Positions 46,458 to 60,170 of a stretch of 64,000 bases of DNA are shown here, piece by piece; within the stretch, counting starts at the first letter, position 1, and every line of letters starts with the position of its first letter. A program made the position numbers and the translations under genes. The notes beneath the pieces are model-generated. The model ran no database searches. It saw only the letters and a program-made list of their open reading frames with translations, and was not told the DNA's origin. The stretch lies in assembly GCA_965113315.1 (NCBI GenBank), contig OZ220373.1; one strand, given 5' to 3'. The stretch is from Podarcis vaucheri. Taxonomy: Eukaryota.

Positions 46458-49400
46458 AATGTGTGTCAGTTCTTTTTTTCCAGACAAGCATGAACAATGT
46501 GACCAAAAAATGCTACAAAATACCTTTCAATCAAAACAAACACTTAAAAAATATTAGTGATAACATTATCCTGTTTATTTATCAATTAAATTTAATCTTC
46601 TGCCCATGACTTTTGAAGCAATTTTTTCGGGGGGGGGGGGACCCCTGAAATGGTTAAGGGAAACTGCTAAACCAGATTCATCTGGCTCTCCCTCCTCACT
46701 GGTCTAGCTTGCCTAACCCCTTAAAACCAAATGCACGGGTGTCTCCTTTATAAAAGGACAGTATTTTGTTGAAAAATTATTTTATTAGCTACAACCCACC
46801 TGCAAATTTCTCTGTACAATAGGTAATGAGAAAGGAATATGGAATTGGAGCAATAAAATCAAAGAGATGAAGAATTTATTTTGGAAATCATCATCCCCGA
46901 TCTTCTTGGCATTATCTAGCCAAACAAAGTAGCATATCCACAGTGGGATTCCAAGCATGTTTTAGCCCGAAGTAACAACCACAAGTTCAATGGGACTTAC
47001 TTCATAGTAAATTGTGCTTAGGGCTTCAGAATTAAACCCACTGTTTGGCTCCGGAGGTTCTCCACCACCAGAAGCAAAAACGTTGTCATTCTGGGAGTCC
47101 ACAGTGTTAACATGGACACGAAGACTTGGCCTCCTAAAATGTGGTTTAGGGTAGCGAAACCAAAGGAGAAACAGGACCACCCAAATCCTCGCTCTGATGT
47201 GACTGTTTAGACCACATTGGGCTTCCTTTTTAAATCAGGAAGTTCTCTTGCTGTCACCAATTGTGCAGGAACAACTTTGTCCATTTCACTATCCGGAACA
47301 AAAATCTGCTTTTCATCAAAACTGAAGCAGTTATTGCAGTTGCATTGTCTTTAACTGCACTGATAGTTTATATTTTCAGACAATTAAAATTAAGAAAACA
47401 TTGACAATAGCTACATCATTTCACTGTTAAAAGGCAACATTTCCTCAGGATTGTTTGATCTGCTAACTTTGCTTCTATAGAAGTTGTCTCTAAGCAATTA
47501 GTCCTCTCAGCCCTTTGTACAAAGTCTTTCCTTTTTAAACAGGCATTGATTGAATATTTAAAAGCAAATACTGCAGTTTAACCCAGGCAATAGTTGCATA
47601 CCGCAAGCGTCACTCATCCTGCTATGTTTACAAACTCAGCCACTGTCTTTAACTGAGTTTATCTCACTCTACATCTCTGGCTTAAAGCACTAAAAGATAA
47701 AAAATTAAAACATATATTAAATAGATTCCTAGGCCAGCATATAAATTTAGCATTGACTTCAATCATATTGCAAATAATAGGGTCAAGTGAATGCTGTCAG
47801 CAATCAACATTAAACACTGGTAATATTAGCCCCTCTCTGCCCCACTGAGAAATAAAGCAACATTTCACATATAACTATCTTTTCTTTTTGTTATCTTTTT
47901 TAACTGCAGAGGAGGGAGCACACATTTAACTCATTCCCTGATCACATTTTTCTCCATTTCAAATCACTGTCCAAGTGTCATTTTCTCTAAAAGGTTTGCT
48001 TCAAGTGTTAGTTTAATCATACTTTGAACTTCATTGTTTTGCTTGCTGCAAATTTTCCCCTCCCAAAGTAATTTTTTGTTGTTGTTGTCAAAATAAGCAC
48101 TGGGGCATAGCGAAGTGAGTGAGCATGTAACATATAGTTTACTCTTTATATTCTGGCATGCCCACATAGCTGGGTCTGCCAAAACAACTGTTTATTCTAA
48201 AGGTAGCGTCAATTCTTTTGTAACATCTCCACCACAAAGAATTTTTAAGAATAAGTTCCAGAGCTCAGAGCTCTACAGTGGTCTTAATTTATCAGCTATA
48301 ATCCGGGAATTGCTATAGACAGAACTTGCTAACATCAGCGGACGGTGTAAGTCTGACATACCCAGAATGTCACCAGAGTACCAAGGCAGCACCACACATG
48401 GCTCTGTTGCCTACGAGAAAACTCTTTAGCTCTTTTCATTAGGCAATTATTCTTGCTGTTTGTCAGGACCTGCCAGGAATAGCACTGGGAACCTTCATTT
48501 CTGCATGGCTGCCCTGTGTGGTCTGCTACCCAACCAGGCACCTTCCTGGCAACAAAGTGTTCTCAGGTCCCAGACTTGTTCCTTAGATCCATGTTGGCTG
48601 TTGGGTCCTCCAGGACATGAAATACTATGAAGGCTTCCTGTTTTGACTTCCTGAACAAGATCTTCCTTGCTCTGGTGTATTCCTGTGCATTCTTCAGCTC
48701 CGATTCCCACTATGGTCTCTCTGAGCTACTCCTTGGCTCAGCTCCTAGTTCCCAGCCTCCTCTGACAGCTGACTCTGTTGTGACACTGTGATACAGTGGC
48801 GTCCAGCCTGTGGCCTATGCAGTCCCTTCCATTTCCTGTTCTTTACTCCCATCCTTGAAATCCCTCCTTGACAGTGATGTGACAGAACATGGGCACTGGC
48901 TTAAATCATTCTGGCATACCAAGATGTTCTCATTCATTCAGCACTGATGTCTTGAATTGCTATGATAGCTTTATGGACAGGGGGAACCTGTAGGAACTGG
49001 GGGAGAGGGTCAAGACTTATGGATGTGAGAGATGGAGAACAGTAGAAATAACTAAATCTCTTAACTGCAGCAGTAGTGCATTTAATTATTCCAATCCAGC
49101 ACACTTACTTTACTCTTAGTTGCAGAGCTGCTACTATGATCTCGTTTAGAAAGAAATTATACATTTGTCTTTAAGGACTCCCACCCACCCCACTCCTTGC
49201 CACAATAGTTTACAAGATCTTCTAGGCACACTTACTTAACAGGATTGCCCAATAAAATCCAGGTCCTTCTTTGATTCAATGTACGCAAGCTTCAAAAGTT
49301 GCCTACTGTTTTCCAGGAAAAAGAAAAGCTTGTCTTTTCATGGGAAAGTTTGCAATCTGTTTTGCTTGTTTGCTTTCCTGGCTAAAGGGTGAAAACCTCT

Positions 49401-52400
49401 CATGTATTTTGACATTTCCAGCATGTACATATTTAACTAACCATTTGGGAATTGCCACATTCCCCCCCCCCTCAAACCTACTCAGTTCTATAGCACCTTT
49501 CTGGAGTGTTCTGGAGTACACACTCATGTGAATATGCATGTACACTTACTAATCTGTTGTCTACCGGAATGTTATGTTTCATTCATTCTTATACATTCAG
49601 TACAGCTTGCAGTATACCCCCTCCCCTGAAGAAAAGACATTTCCAGGTGCAATCCTGTGCACAATCAATCTATTTAAATTCCACTGGCTCCAGAGAAATT
49701 TAAACAGCCTAACTATGTGCAGGATTGCAGCCAAAGTATCCTGTGGCACCTGAGCAACTGATAAATAGTAGCCCAAGAGCTCACATCAAGAGCCTAATTC
49801 ATTAGATGCCTTTGTTAAAATCACTTAACTTGATAGCAAGAATCTGTAAGGTGACAAATGACATGAATAAGTGGCAGATTCCAGAATTGTTCTTTTTCTA
49901 CTGCACAGACATTTGAAATACAGCTAATTGTGTGGAAGCATTTTAGCCTAAAGATTTGCCACACTTGATAAAAAATAATAACAACAAATTTCAGCATGTC
50001 AGCAAGAACTACACACCCAGAAAATTGTTTTAATTAATCGTTATATGAAATTGAGTGTATATTAACATGCATATTCAGCTGTGGGTTGTAGTGGGGAGGG
50101 GACCAGTTTCTTTCAGATGCTTTTAGTCTATAGTGTAAATTCTAGACAGAATGAGGCTAAGTGTCTTATCACCTCTGTATTTGCAGTCTAGGCCATAAAC
50201 CACATTTATGGCACCTTATGACATCTTGGTCTTGTGTCAGAAAGAAAATACATTTCATTGCTGAGGATGTTCATATCCCAATACTTTCTCCAAAAGTTGA
50301 GATTTGTGAAAAATGGTTTAAAGCCACCTAGACATACTTTCACGATTACATACACACACACAACAAAAACACAGCTGGTGACCCATAAAAGACCATCTCG
50401 CAACTTTTTGTTATAACAATAAGAAAAAGTTGCTAAATTCTGATAAGCAAGTTTCTCCCTTCCTAATACACCCCTCTACTGCTAGATGATATTCACTTCA
50501 TTAAGTTATTCAGAATCCATTGCGACCACACAAAACATGGGAAAACTAAGAGATTTTTGTTTGGTGGCTCAGCCCCCACTGAAAATAATCACTACCAGAG
50601 ATATTTACAGATTGAAATCATAATCTGTACGCTGAAAATGCTGCTTACAAACACAGACATATCCAGATTTTATAAAAAACATGTAACACAAACATAAACC
50701 AGAGCAGTTGTGAGCTTCCACTCTATTCTTGACACTTGAGAGTAAGTTGAAAGAATACATTTAATTCCCAGCAGCATCTACACATTCTATTATTATACTT
50801 TATTATTAATAATGCTTCATGAAGTATAACAACATGCCTTAAAACAGTTTCTTGCCACTTAAACTTCTACTTTATAGTGCTATGAAATGCTCGGGGTAGG
50901 TTAAACGCTCTATTACACTGTTTATATATTTTCGCAGCCTCAAAGTAAGACGGCAATCTTGCCACTGTTCGTTTTCAATGCTTATACACTCCAGTCCACA
51001 ATCTAGTTAAACCAGAGTGCTTTGATTTAAGTTGACTGGCACCCTAGTCCTAACACATCATTTAAAAACAAATCCCACTAGTTTTAGAAGAGCTTTATTT
51101 CCAAGTAAACATGCTTGGGGACATAGCTTTGGGTGAGTCCTTTCTCTCTAGTGACTGGCTCTTCATCTCTATAAGCATTTATTTTAAGCCCCACTGATTT
51201 CAGTGGAACTTACTTCCGAGTAAGTGTGCTTAGGATCACAGTCCAAATCTGCTTATTAACATGTACTGCGCCTTAACCAAGCAATGAATCCTACAAATAA
51301 GGTCATGTGGAATGAAAAGGTGGGGGCGGGCAGGATGAGGGCAAGAGAGAAACGCATAGGAAATGAAATTTCCTATATGACAAATAGGGGGGAAATCTAT
51401 AGCTAAATGAGTGTTACCCATTTTAATTATATTATTTTAAATTCTAAAAATACAAACCACCAGTAAACAAAAGTAAGCATATCAGTATTAATTTTATAGA
51501 TCACCTTTACCTCTGCCAAAGGCAATGGAATGGAATGTTTATATTTATGGCTAACTCATTGGGGTCACACCGCGTAAGACACTGAGGGGTATCCATTGGG
51601 TTTTATTAGGTTTTAATAAAAGGGGAGAAACTAGACAATTAGTCAGCTAGAACGTTCAGTGCTTCCAAAGTTTAATTCAAAAAATATTAGTTAACCCTCC
51701 AGAGATGCAAATACAAAAAACACAACTGAGTATTCCATTCTAAAAGTTAGCCAAAAGCTTCCAGGAGGAAGAGAGTTTAAAAGCCTTGCACACATAAAAA
51801 ATAAATAAATTATAAACTGAGGCAAATAGCTGCCATCCTGAATTTATTCAATAGCGATCTCCATGATTCCAACAGAAATCCTCCAAAATAAACTGGTTAG
51901 AGGATTCACTGTGCTTTTATGTTGCATTTTGCTATAGAGGTACAGGAAGAAATAGGTGTAGTCTTTGACTTTCTCAACGATTACTTGGGAAGAAGGTTCA
52001 TATAACCAGGTAGTGCATTTACATAAAACTTTAAGGTTCTATAGTAATTGCACAGCCACTGAGCTCTCAAAGCATTAGAATACCATTAAGCTGCAATTTT
52101 TGAATGATCACATTGCAATCCCCCTCCATTTTTTTTAAAAAAATGATTTCCCCATGCTTCCAATTGCACTTAACAATGACTAAGCAATCATGCTATAGTA
52201 GCCCTTATGTAATAAATAACCAATTGAAAATGAAGTGTGCCTTGCCACGCAGCAGCAATCAGCTTTTATCTCTGTCCAATCAAGTTGACATCTGAACTGC
52301 CTAATCCTCCTTTTGTAAGGCACATAAGACTTTGTTGTCACTGTTGGTTTTGTGAATTGTCTCTATAAGCTGCTCTGATTTCCTAAAGATGACAAATCCC

Positions 52401-55061
52401 AGCGAACAGCCAAGCTCTACTGCACTGCAGTCAATGCGACAGTTGAGATTAAGGTACAGAACTGAAGATACTGGGATTTAATCACCTGTCCGCATGTAAC
52501 ATATTGACCGTCAGCTCTCAGGAGATTAACTTAAATCTGTTCAGAGCAGCAAACCAATTACTATATTCAAAAAGCAAGGAGATGTGCCTGAATATCTGCA
52601 GATTTCACTTGCAACTTCTGCAGTCTGCGTCAACTACCGGTAGTTCTAAAGTATATACATTGTACTTTACAAACATAAATGCGGCAGACCTATGCCATCA
52701 GTCATTTAAAGCCACAACTTGCTACACTTCAGTTAGTTAACAAACTTTTTAGCAAGATGTATACTTTTTCTGAATTTCATTTATAACATTTAACTTGCCG
52801 GGTAGCCAGGAATGTACATTTACATAAAACTTGAATTTAACATGGGGAAAGAACCCACATTACACAAAATACAACATGATGTGTAGAAATGGTGAAGATG
52901 CTATTTTTATTTCCATGAATAGAACTTTGTGAACCTCATATAGAAATAATCAGAGAGTTTAAAACCACTCAGATCCATGTTATTCTAATTTTGGTTAGGC
53001 TACATAGCTAAGAAGTTGGTCTATGTCCAACAGGTTAAAGTCTGAAAGTTATTAAAGTGATCATTCTCTCTGGCATCTGACATGAAATCATGACTTGCTG
53101 AAAACATTTAAAAAAGGCTGCTTGTCTTGTAGAGATAGTATGCCCTTGATTAGTGTGTCAAACTTCTGAAAAATTTACTTCTTAGAAATAAGACATTTTA
53201 AAAGCAAAATAATTGTGAACAAATTCTATTAAATACAACAACACTGGCAAATAACTTTCCTTTAGAAGCAAGTTCCATAGATTTCAACAGAACTTACAAC
53301 TTAGTAAATGCGTTTTGGAGTGCGGTGTTACCCATTTTTATCCACGTAATAAATGGAAAATATAGAACTTAATTAGTTTTCAGCTCAGAACTGGTAGGAA
53401 TATTTCTGTCCTCCTAAGAGTTACTTAATATTTTTAAATCACAAGACAAAAATATTTTTACATATTTGAATATATGCTTTAGGTATATAAATGTATATAG
53501 TTTAGGTATATTAAGACAGGTACCTGCTTACATGATGGTTTATGAAAAGTCATCCATCTGCCCTATTATCATAAGAATTTATCAACAAGCGAGTTATTTG
53601 CCTACAACTTCTTTTCCAAGTAAACATCTTTACCATGCAGGTACACCATTGTCATTATTACACACATTAAGGATTCCAGAACAGGCAACCCAAACAAGTA
53701 ACTTTAACTGCATTCTGTACAATGATATTTGTAATGCAATCCCAGGTACACATTTCTGAGACAACCTCGCTATAGGTGCAGTGTTTATAATTTAGCACAC
53801 TTTAGAGAAAAGCGAAACTCATATATTCCAACTATATGCAGTTATCAGCGAGGATAAAATGGCTATCTATCCATTTATGTCATATCTGGAACCTGTCAAA
53901 AAGATATTTCTTTCTGTTTATTAGCTTCATTTTACTCATTCCTATGAGTTGTCTATTGTCACCCAAGCAGTTTTGTGAAATCTAACTCATAGAAAGATGT
54001 GCAGGATCAAATCATAGAACTGCCCCCCCCCGAAACTAATATCATAACATACAATAACAATTCATATACATATGTTTTGCTAGATTGCAGGCAATGCTTT
54101 CCAAATCTTGAGGATTTTAGCTAGTGAAATATGTTCCAGTGCTTCCAGTGTATAATATTAAGAATAGATACAATGTGCACTGAAGCATAGGGGGGACATA
54201 TAAATGCTTCCTTCAAAAGATGCTCATTTTATTGACTATAACTTCCTTAAAACATAAGTAACACATTATGATAAAGGATTCCTTGAACCTTATTTGGGAC
54301 TGAAGTAGCATCCTGAAATTATTCTGTAAAAAATAGGTCTTGGTTCACAGGTGATTATATTCCTATGCCCTGCCTCTATTATGCCTTAGGGTTTGGCATT
54401 ATTATATTACATATAAATATGTATACTCTATAACGACAATGCCACTGCTAAGTGCCACCGGGAAAGGGGGGGAAAACCAGACTTCACATATCTGTCTAAT
54501 GTAATTGGCCAACTGGACACTTTTATATCCTCTAGTAAAGCAAATGTAAGGTACTGATATATATTTAAGACAATGGCCTTCATGTTTCATTTTATATACG
54601 CTACTAAAAAGCATTTTGTCTTGAGCTAGGAATCTATAGACCACCACTGAAATATTGGCTGAATGCCCTTCTTCCGCTTAATCACTTTAAAACAGTAGCA
54701 GGTATGAGGTGTGTACCATAAGCATTTAATTTTAAAAGACCTATCTTGGTTACTCTAAAGATGAGACACTACAAGCTTGGCCAGCTACGTAAATATGAAA
54801 ACAATAAGTTCTACAATTCAGACAAACAGCATTATTAAAGTAACACTATTCTCACATGATCTCCCGAATCAAGTCTATTGAGCTACTCCAAAATATAACT
54901 ATTTTCAAATAATGAAACACTATCTTCTATAGATTTCTGTTCCTCCTCCACACAAAACTAAAACCGGGTGAAAATAAGATAAATAATGAAGTTAGACAGC
55001 TTGCCAGGGAGCAATCTAGCTTTGCTTAACTTACAGCTAAAGTTGGAAAGGCTGGGGGGGG

Positions 55062-55102
<41 letters not shown>

Positions 55103-55640
55103 TTCCCCATTTGGATCTCCCAGATTCCCCCATCTCAAAGCAAAGTGTGCAAATGAAAAAGATGCTCTGGGAGGGATGCTGTGTCGAAAACCGAGGCATT
55201 AAAACAAAAGTGACGTGCTGCACACAGCCGAGTTGAAAAGGCCATTTGCACTTATGCCAGCTTATTTCTTCACTGCACTGTTTGATAACTCGCAGGGCAA
55301 GTACTCCAAGGTCAGACAAACAAACCTGAGTGCACTTCACAATATCAAAACACACCAATGACGTGAACTAACTTCATGAAAGTTTAAATACTCATGCAGC
55401 TGATGGAGGATGGGGAAGGGAGGGGGGGGGGGAAGAAGAGACACAATTTCTCTGCAACTTTTAACTATGTTGGGTTTGAGTGCAAAGTTACTTTAAAGCC
55501 ACCCGATTACGCTATGTCTGCGCCACGCACGTTCCCAGTACATGCTAAGTCTCCTGCCATACAAAACATTGCAATGCCTCCACGAGAGGCTGAAGGAGCA
55601 AGTCTATACTACTTCGGGATGAAATCGCACGTGTACTTAC

Positions 55641-56090
55641 ATTGCAAAGGGCTGGATGATCAGGCTAGTCCTTGAGATATTTCCCCCTTCTTGGGAGCAA
55701 CGGAGGGAGAAGAAGAGACAAGAGACCGAGGAGAGTGGTGGGGAGGAGGAGGAGGAGAAGGAAGCAGGGGTGGGGGGAGCCGTTAGTTCTTCCAGCCTTG
55801 TAAGATGTTCACCACCTGGTTCAACATGCAGCCTCCTTTAACCGCACATACGCGCGCGCGCAACGCACACGCGCGCACACACACAACCTTGCAAAGCAAT
55901 CCAATGAGCAGCCAGCAGCTCTCTGGCGATGGTGGCGGCGTATGTGCGTGTGTATCTGAGGATCCGGGAGGCGAAAGTGCCCGTGCTGCTGGCCGGATTA
56001 AAAGTAAGCAGGAATCGTCCTGAGAGCGTCTAGGAAGGAAGTGACAGGAGGCGAGTGGGGGAAAAGAACAGCTCACAGGCTTTGTAACAT
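55641..56090 (-). other. Putative non-coding first exon of a minus-strand host gene (5' boundary uncertain)
   Basis: Consensus donor AAT|GTAAGT at 55641/55640, at the edge of the CpG-rich region and followed by intron-like DNA. Confidence 0.5.
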
Positions 56091-56098
56091 CACGGATG

Positions 56099-56100
<2 letters not shown>

Positions 56101-56154
<54 letters not shown>
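56101..56154. repeat. (GA)n tract in the promoter region (another at 55064-55099)
   Basis: Direct reading. Confidence 0.95.
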
Positions 56155-56155
<1 letters not shown>

Positions 56156-57014
56156 CAGGGAAAGGAAGCTTCACAACTACACGCCCGGCGAAGCTTCTCT
56201 TGCTTGTGTCCTCCCTCCTCCTCCTCCCTTCTTCTTCCTCCTCCTCCTCTTCTTCTCCCCTCTCTCTCCCACAATCCCAAACGAATGACTCTCTCCTGCC
56301 GAGCTGGAGAAATAATCAGTTTCACTCTTGAAAAAAGGGGGCGGGATCACATCCCGAAAGCGTTTTAATAAAACAAACACAGCGAGAGTGAGGCGAGAGA
56401 CCAGCTAGGAGTCTAGAAGGGGAGGAAGAGGCAATGGCAAAGCGCTCTCGCTCTCTCTTTCTCTCTCGCCCCTCTCTAGTCTCAACGAGATTGATAAATT
56501 ACTCCACTACCCTACTTTAATTATGTATATGGTATGCAGAATAAATCACCCAACATCAGGCACCTCAATCAAGCACTTTTTAAATGATAATTGCATCTTG
56601 GCTGAATCAATCTTGCCATGCCTGACATTTTGCTAATTTTAGTTTTTTACCAGGGGGGGGGGGGGGTAGGGAGAGCGCGAGCGCGCAATAGTGGGGGGGG
56701 GCACGTCTTGGTTAGTGGATATGGGGAGTCGAAGGACTTGGTATATGCCACGGAACAAGCCTTGGTGACAATCCTTATTATTATTACTATTATTATTCAC
56801 GAGCAAAGCGATCGCGCGGCAGAGAGGCGGAGAACACCGCCCCGCAGATGCCGGTCCCCCTCCTGATCAGGTCTGTCTGTGTCCCCAGAAGATTTTGGAC
56901 AGGGGCGGGTGGGGGCGAGGAGGAGAGGACGCGCGAGATCGTGGTTGGAGTCGTCTGGGCCAGCGAAGTGGTCTCGGCCAGAGGCGACCCCGGCAGCTCC
57001 CCAGGCGCGCGTGG

Positions 57015-57150
57015 NNNNNNNNNNNNNNNNNNNNNNNNNNNNNNNNNNNNNNNNNNNNNNNNNNNNNNNNNNNNNNNNNNNNNNNNNNNNNNNNNNNNNN
57101 NNNNNNNNNNNNNNNNNNNNNNNNNNNNNNNNNNNNNNNNNNNNNNNNNN
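57015..57150. other. Assembly gap (136 N)
   Basis: Run of N within the GC-rich island. Confidence 1.
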
Positions 57151-57809
57151 CAGCGGCAACACTTCTTTTTTAAACCGGTGGGTCGGTGGGCTGGCTGGCT
57201 GGGATGGGATGGATGTGGAGCCAGGAGGGCGAGGTGACGGAGCTGGGGTGGGGGAGCTGCTTAAATGCTTAGGAAGCGTGGCGTCTTCGTTTGCCCATTG
57301 AGGTCAATAAAGACAGATGAGGCTAAAGCAGGGAATCGACCGGAAGATAAACGCGAGGTGTGTGTCCGGATGGGCTCCGATCCGAGCCCCCCGGCTCAAC
57401 GGGATAGCAGATCGGAGGAGCGGCGAGGCTCACGGAGGAAGCAGCAGAGGAAGTCCCGCTTGCACTGCAAGGGAAAGTCCGCCGCTAGCGGCGGCAGCAC
57501 CATCTCGTCGACATTGGAGGCGGCAGCGCTCGCTCCACGCTGTCCAGCCAGCCTAACTTTCCAACGTGCTCTGAAAACATTGCTCTGCCCGAAAGCCTTC
57601 GCCCAGCTGGGGTGGAAGGCGAGAGGCAGGCTGCTGTTGTCGTTTCGTTTCTCGCAGCGCGCTGACCTTTCCTCTGCCCCCCTCCTCCCTCCACCTCTGC
57701 TGCGCCTTCCTCGCGGACCCTCCGCTCCGCTCTCTCCAAAGTGGAGCAGCCCCACTTCCCAAACTCGGGAGGCTTTTCCGTCTCCCCGCGCCAGCGGGAC
57801 TTCACTTAC

Positions 57810-57900
57810 CCGGGACGTCTCCAAACAAACTGCACAGGAAACAGGCGCGCGGGCTCCGGGGGAACAAGCGGGATGCTCCTACGATTTGGGGAGGGGGGTG
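57810..57900 (-). other. Putative alternative upstream first exon (5' boundary uncertain)
   Basis: Strong donor CGG|GTAAGT at 57810/57809 inside the CpG island. Confidence 0.4.
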
Positions 57901-58462
57901 AGCCAGATAAAACTCGCCAGGCTTTGCTAGTAGGGCAGCTGGGTCGGGGTGGCTGGAAGATTAAATAACGGTTCCTTCCCTTCCTCGGGGGAAGCCTAGG
58001 CGTGCTCGCTCGTCTGGCAGCAGCTCGCGTTTCCTGGTGCCCCGTCTGAACAGATCCTCACTTGGCCTCCGCAAACTCCGCTGTGCCAGCTCACCAGCTC
58101 AGCTCTGCGAGAGCATCGCCCGGGAAGAGCTTGAGAGCAAGCAACCTTGCCCCTTTGCCTGGCGACCGCAGCGCGGCCAAGAAGCGCTCCCTGGGCCCTA
58201 AAGTGGCCGCTCTCGGAAAGGGGACAGGCTGACTTGCTGACCTTCCTCCTTGTTTCTCTAGGGCGGTAAATCACTTGTGAAACTCCACGACGGTCTGCTT
58301 TCTGGGTTCGTCGTAGTTTGGGCACTTGCCTTCTGATCTGTACATGGAGGGCTGTGTTTTCATTGTGAAGGGGGTGGGAATAGAGGAAAGGTGTTCATTG
58401 CGTTCAAATACAGAATAAAACATGACTTTTACAGAGGTGATAAATTAAGGGCATGGAGCATG

Positions 58463-58727
58463 TATTATTATTATTATTATTATTATTATTCTACCCATCT
58501 GTCTTGGTTGCCCAAACCACTCTGGGCGGCTCCCAACAAAAAACAGTAAAAACATAATATAGCATCAAACACTAAGAAATTCCCTGTACAGGGCTGCCTT
58601 CAGATGTCTTTCAAAAATCACATAGCAGCTTATCTGTTTGACATCTGCTGGGAGGGTGTTCCACAGCGCAAGAGTGACTACCGAAAAGGCCCTCTGCCTG
58701 GTTCCCTGCAGCCTCACCTCTCACAAT
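58463..58727 (-). mobile_element. L2-like LINE 3' fragment with (TAA)n tail
   Basis: (TTA)n followed by CACTCTGGGCGGCTCCCAACA...GGGAGGGTGTTCCACAG...GAAAAGGCCCTCTGCCTGG, the reverse complement of an L2 3' end. Confidence 0.7.
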
Positions 58728-58819
58728 GAATATTCAGATATATGAATATTGCTTAAAACATTCACACCACTTCACAATCTGAAGAGGCCCCGAAAACAAG
58801 AGACAAACCAGGTTAAATC

Positions 58820-58930
58820 CAAAATCAAGAGCAGGATAATCCTTTTAATTAAGACCAACTGAAATGTCACACAACAGAGAGCAAGCTTTGAAGTTCCACA
58901 GAATGCTTCTTCAGGCTGGATGTAAAGCAA
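58820..58930. mobile_element. Penelope-like remnant
   Basis: TTAAGACCAAC...AAGCTTTGAAG...TTCTTCAGG resembles the reverse complement of the 38333-38489 motifs. Confidence 0.45.
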
Positions 58931-59618
58931 AACAAAAAACAGAATGTGGACAAATGGATAGATAGACAGATAGATAGATAGATACCCAAGACCATCTTTT
59001 TTCTTTCCTCCTCTCTTTTTCTGCTTGTTGTTTAACAAGAGTGCTGGGGTACTTTGAAGCTTGCTCAGTACATGGAGACATTTACATTTCTCCTACTGTG
59101 CATATCACCATATTGTTGACTTTTAGATTCCCCCAACCCCATGAACCAATGCAGCCACTTGTATTTTTTTTAAAGAAAACATAAAAGTATATATTTAATT
59201 AAATATCCCTATTGCCAAAAGAAAAGGGAAAGTATTTGTACTTTGGAATTCAGTGGCTTTCTTTAAAAAGAAAAGGAATGGAAAGGTATCTAATCATTTA
59301 TATGGGATAAGGGACTGAACTTCTGTTCCCTGCAAGGGTGGCTGAGAAGTTGTTGGGTGGTGTAGACCTCCCTCTCTGCAGGCAGAGGCTTTCTGGGTGT
59401 GGGACCAGGTTGTGCTGCTGTCAGAGTTTACCAGTAGTAACTCTGAAAGGAGCAAGGCCAGAAACAGGGTGTTCAAGAATGCTGGAGAGGGCAGGTCTTG
59501 GATCCAAGGCCCTCTCATTCACCGAACACACTCCCCAAAATAGAATATCAGTGTCATCGGGAGGGGAAAATTTGGAAGGCTGAACAGTGGTGGGTCTTGG
59601 GAATGGAAAACCCGTCTC

Positions 59619-59652
<34 letters not shown>

Positions 59653-59759
59653 CTTGCCTGTGAAAGGTGGCAGAACTTATAAAGTTGCAGTTTCTCTGCC
59701 ACAGAGTCCTCTACCACCTATGATTGCTCTGCCCACTTACCAATTCAACATAATTTGCT

Positions 59760-60115
59760 GCTCCACCTTAGAGCAGATTTATGCCACAAGGTGCCATAGG
59801 AAGGCACTGGACATAGTAAAAGATCCATCACATCCTGGTCACTGTCTCTTCGAGCTCCTGCCGTCGGGACGGAGATACAGGACGATGAAGACAAGAACGA
59901 GCCGTCTTAAGAACAGCTTCTTCCCCAGAGCGATCTCGGCCCTGAATGGGAAGCCTGGACTTTGAAAGTCATCTAATCTTCCTTGCTGTTTTATACTGTA
60001 TTGTTTTAATTAGTGTTTTTATAGTTGTTTTGATTTTGTGTGGAGTGCCCTACCTGGGTGGATGGAGCAGCCAAGTAATTTCGTTGTCCCCGAGAGGGGG
60101 CAATGACAATAAAGA

Positions 60116-60170
<55 letters not shown>
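59760..60170 (+). mobile_element. 5'-truncated Rex1/Babar-type LINE
   Basis: ORF end LEQIYATRCHRKALDIVKDPSHPGHCLFELLPSGRRYR...RTSRLKNSFFPRAI, then a 3' UTR with AATAAA and a (TTA)n tail. Confidence 0.88.

Larger units (their letters stand above)
55400..58330. promoter_or_regulatory. CpG-rich promoter region (CpG island) of an unidentified host gene
   Basis: Sharp rise in GC and CpG relative to the flanks, GC box (GGGGGCGGG ~56337), CCAAT, ETS-like GGAAGT, E-box CACGTG and long GA tracts. Confidence 0.85.

Noticed and set aside
7800-55000. Numerous 60-130 aa ORFs in the AT-rich region
   Set aside because: Lengths and composition are as expected by chance, or they derive from repeat fragments and microsatellites.
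55783-58325. Long ORFs in the CpG island (55783-56325, 57265-57930, 57396-57824)
   Set aside because: Low-complexity or GC-driven open frames spanning microsatellites, with no recognisable protein features.
55400-58330. Naming the host gene
   Set aside because: No coding exon was recognised and I could not confidently match the putative 5' UTR; a BLAST search is needed.
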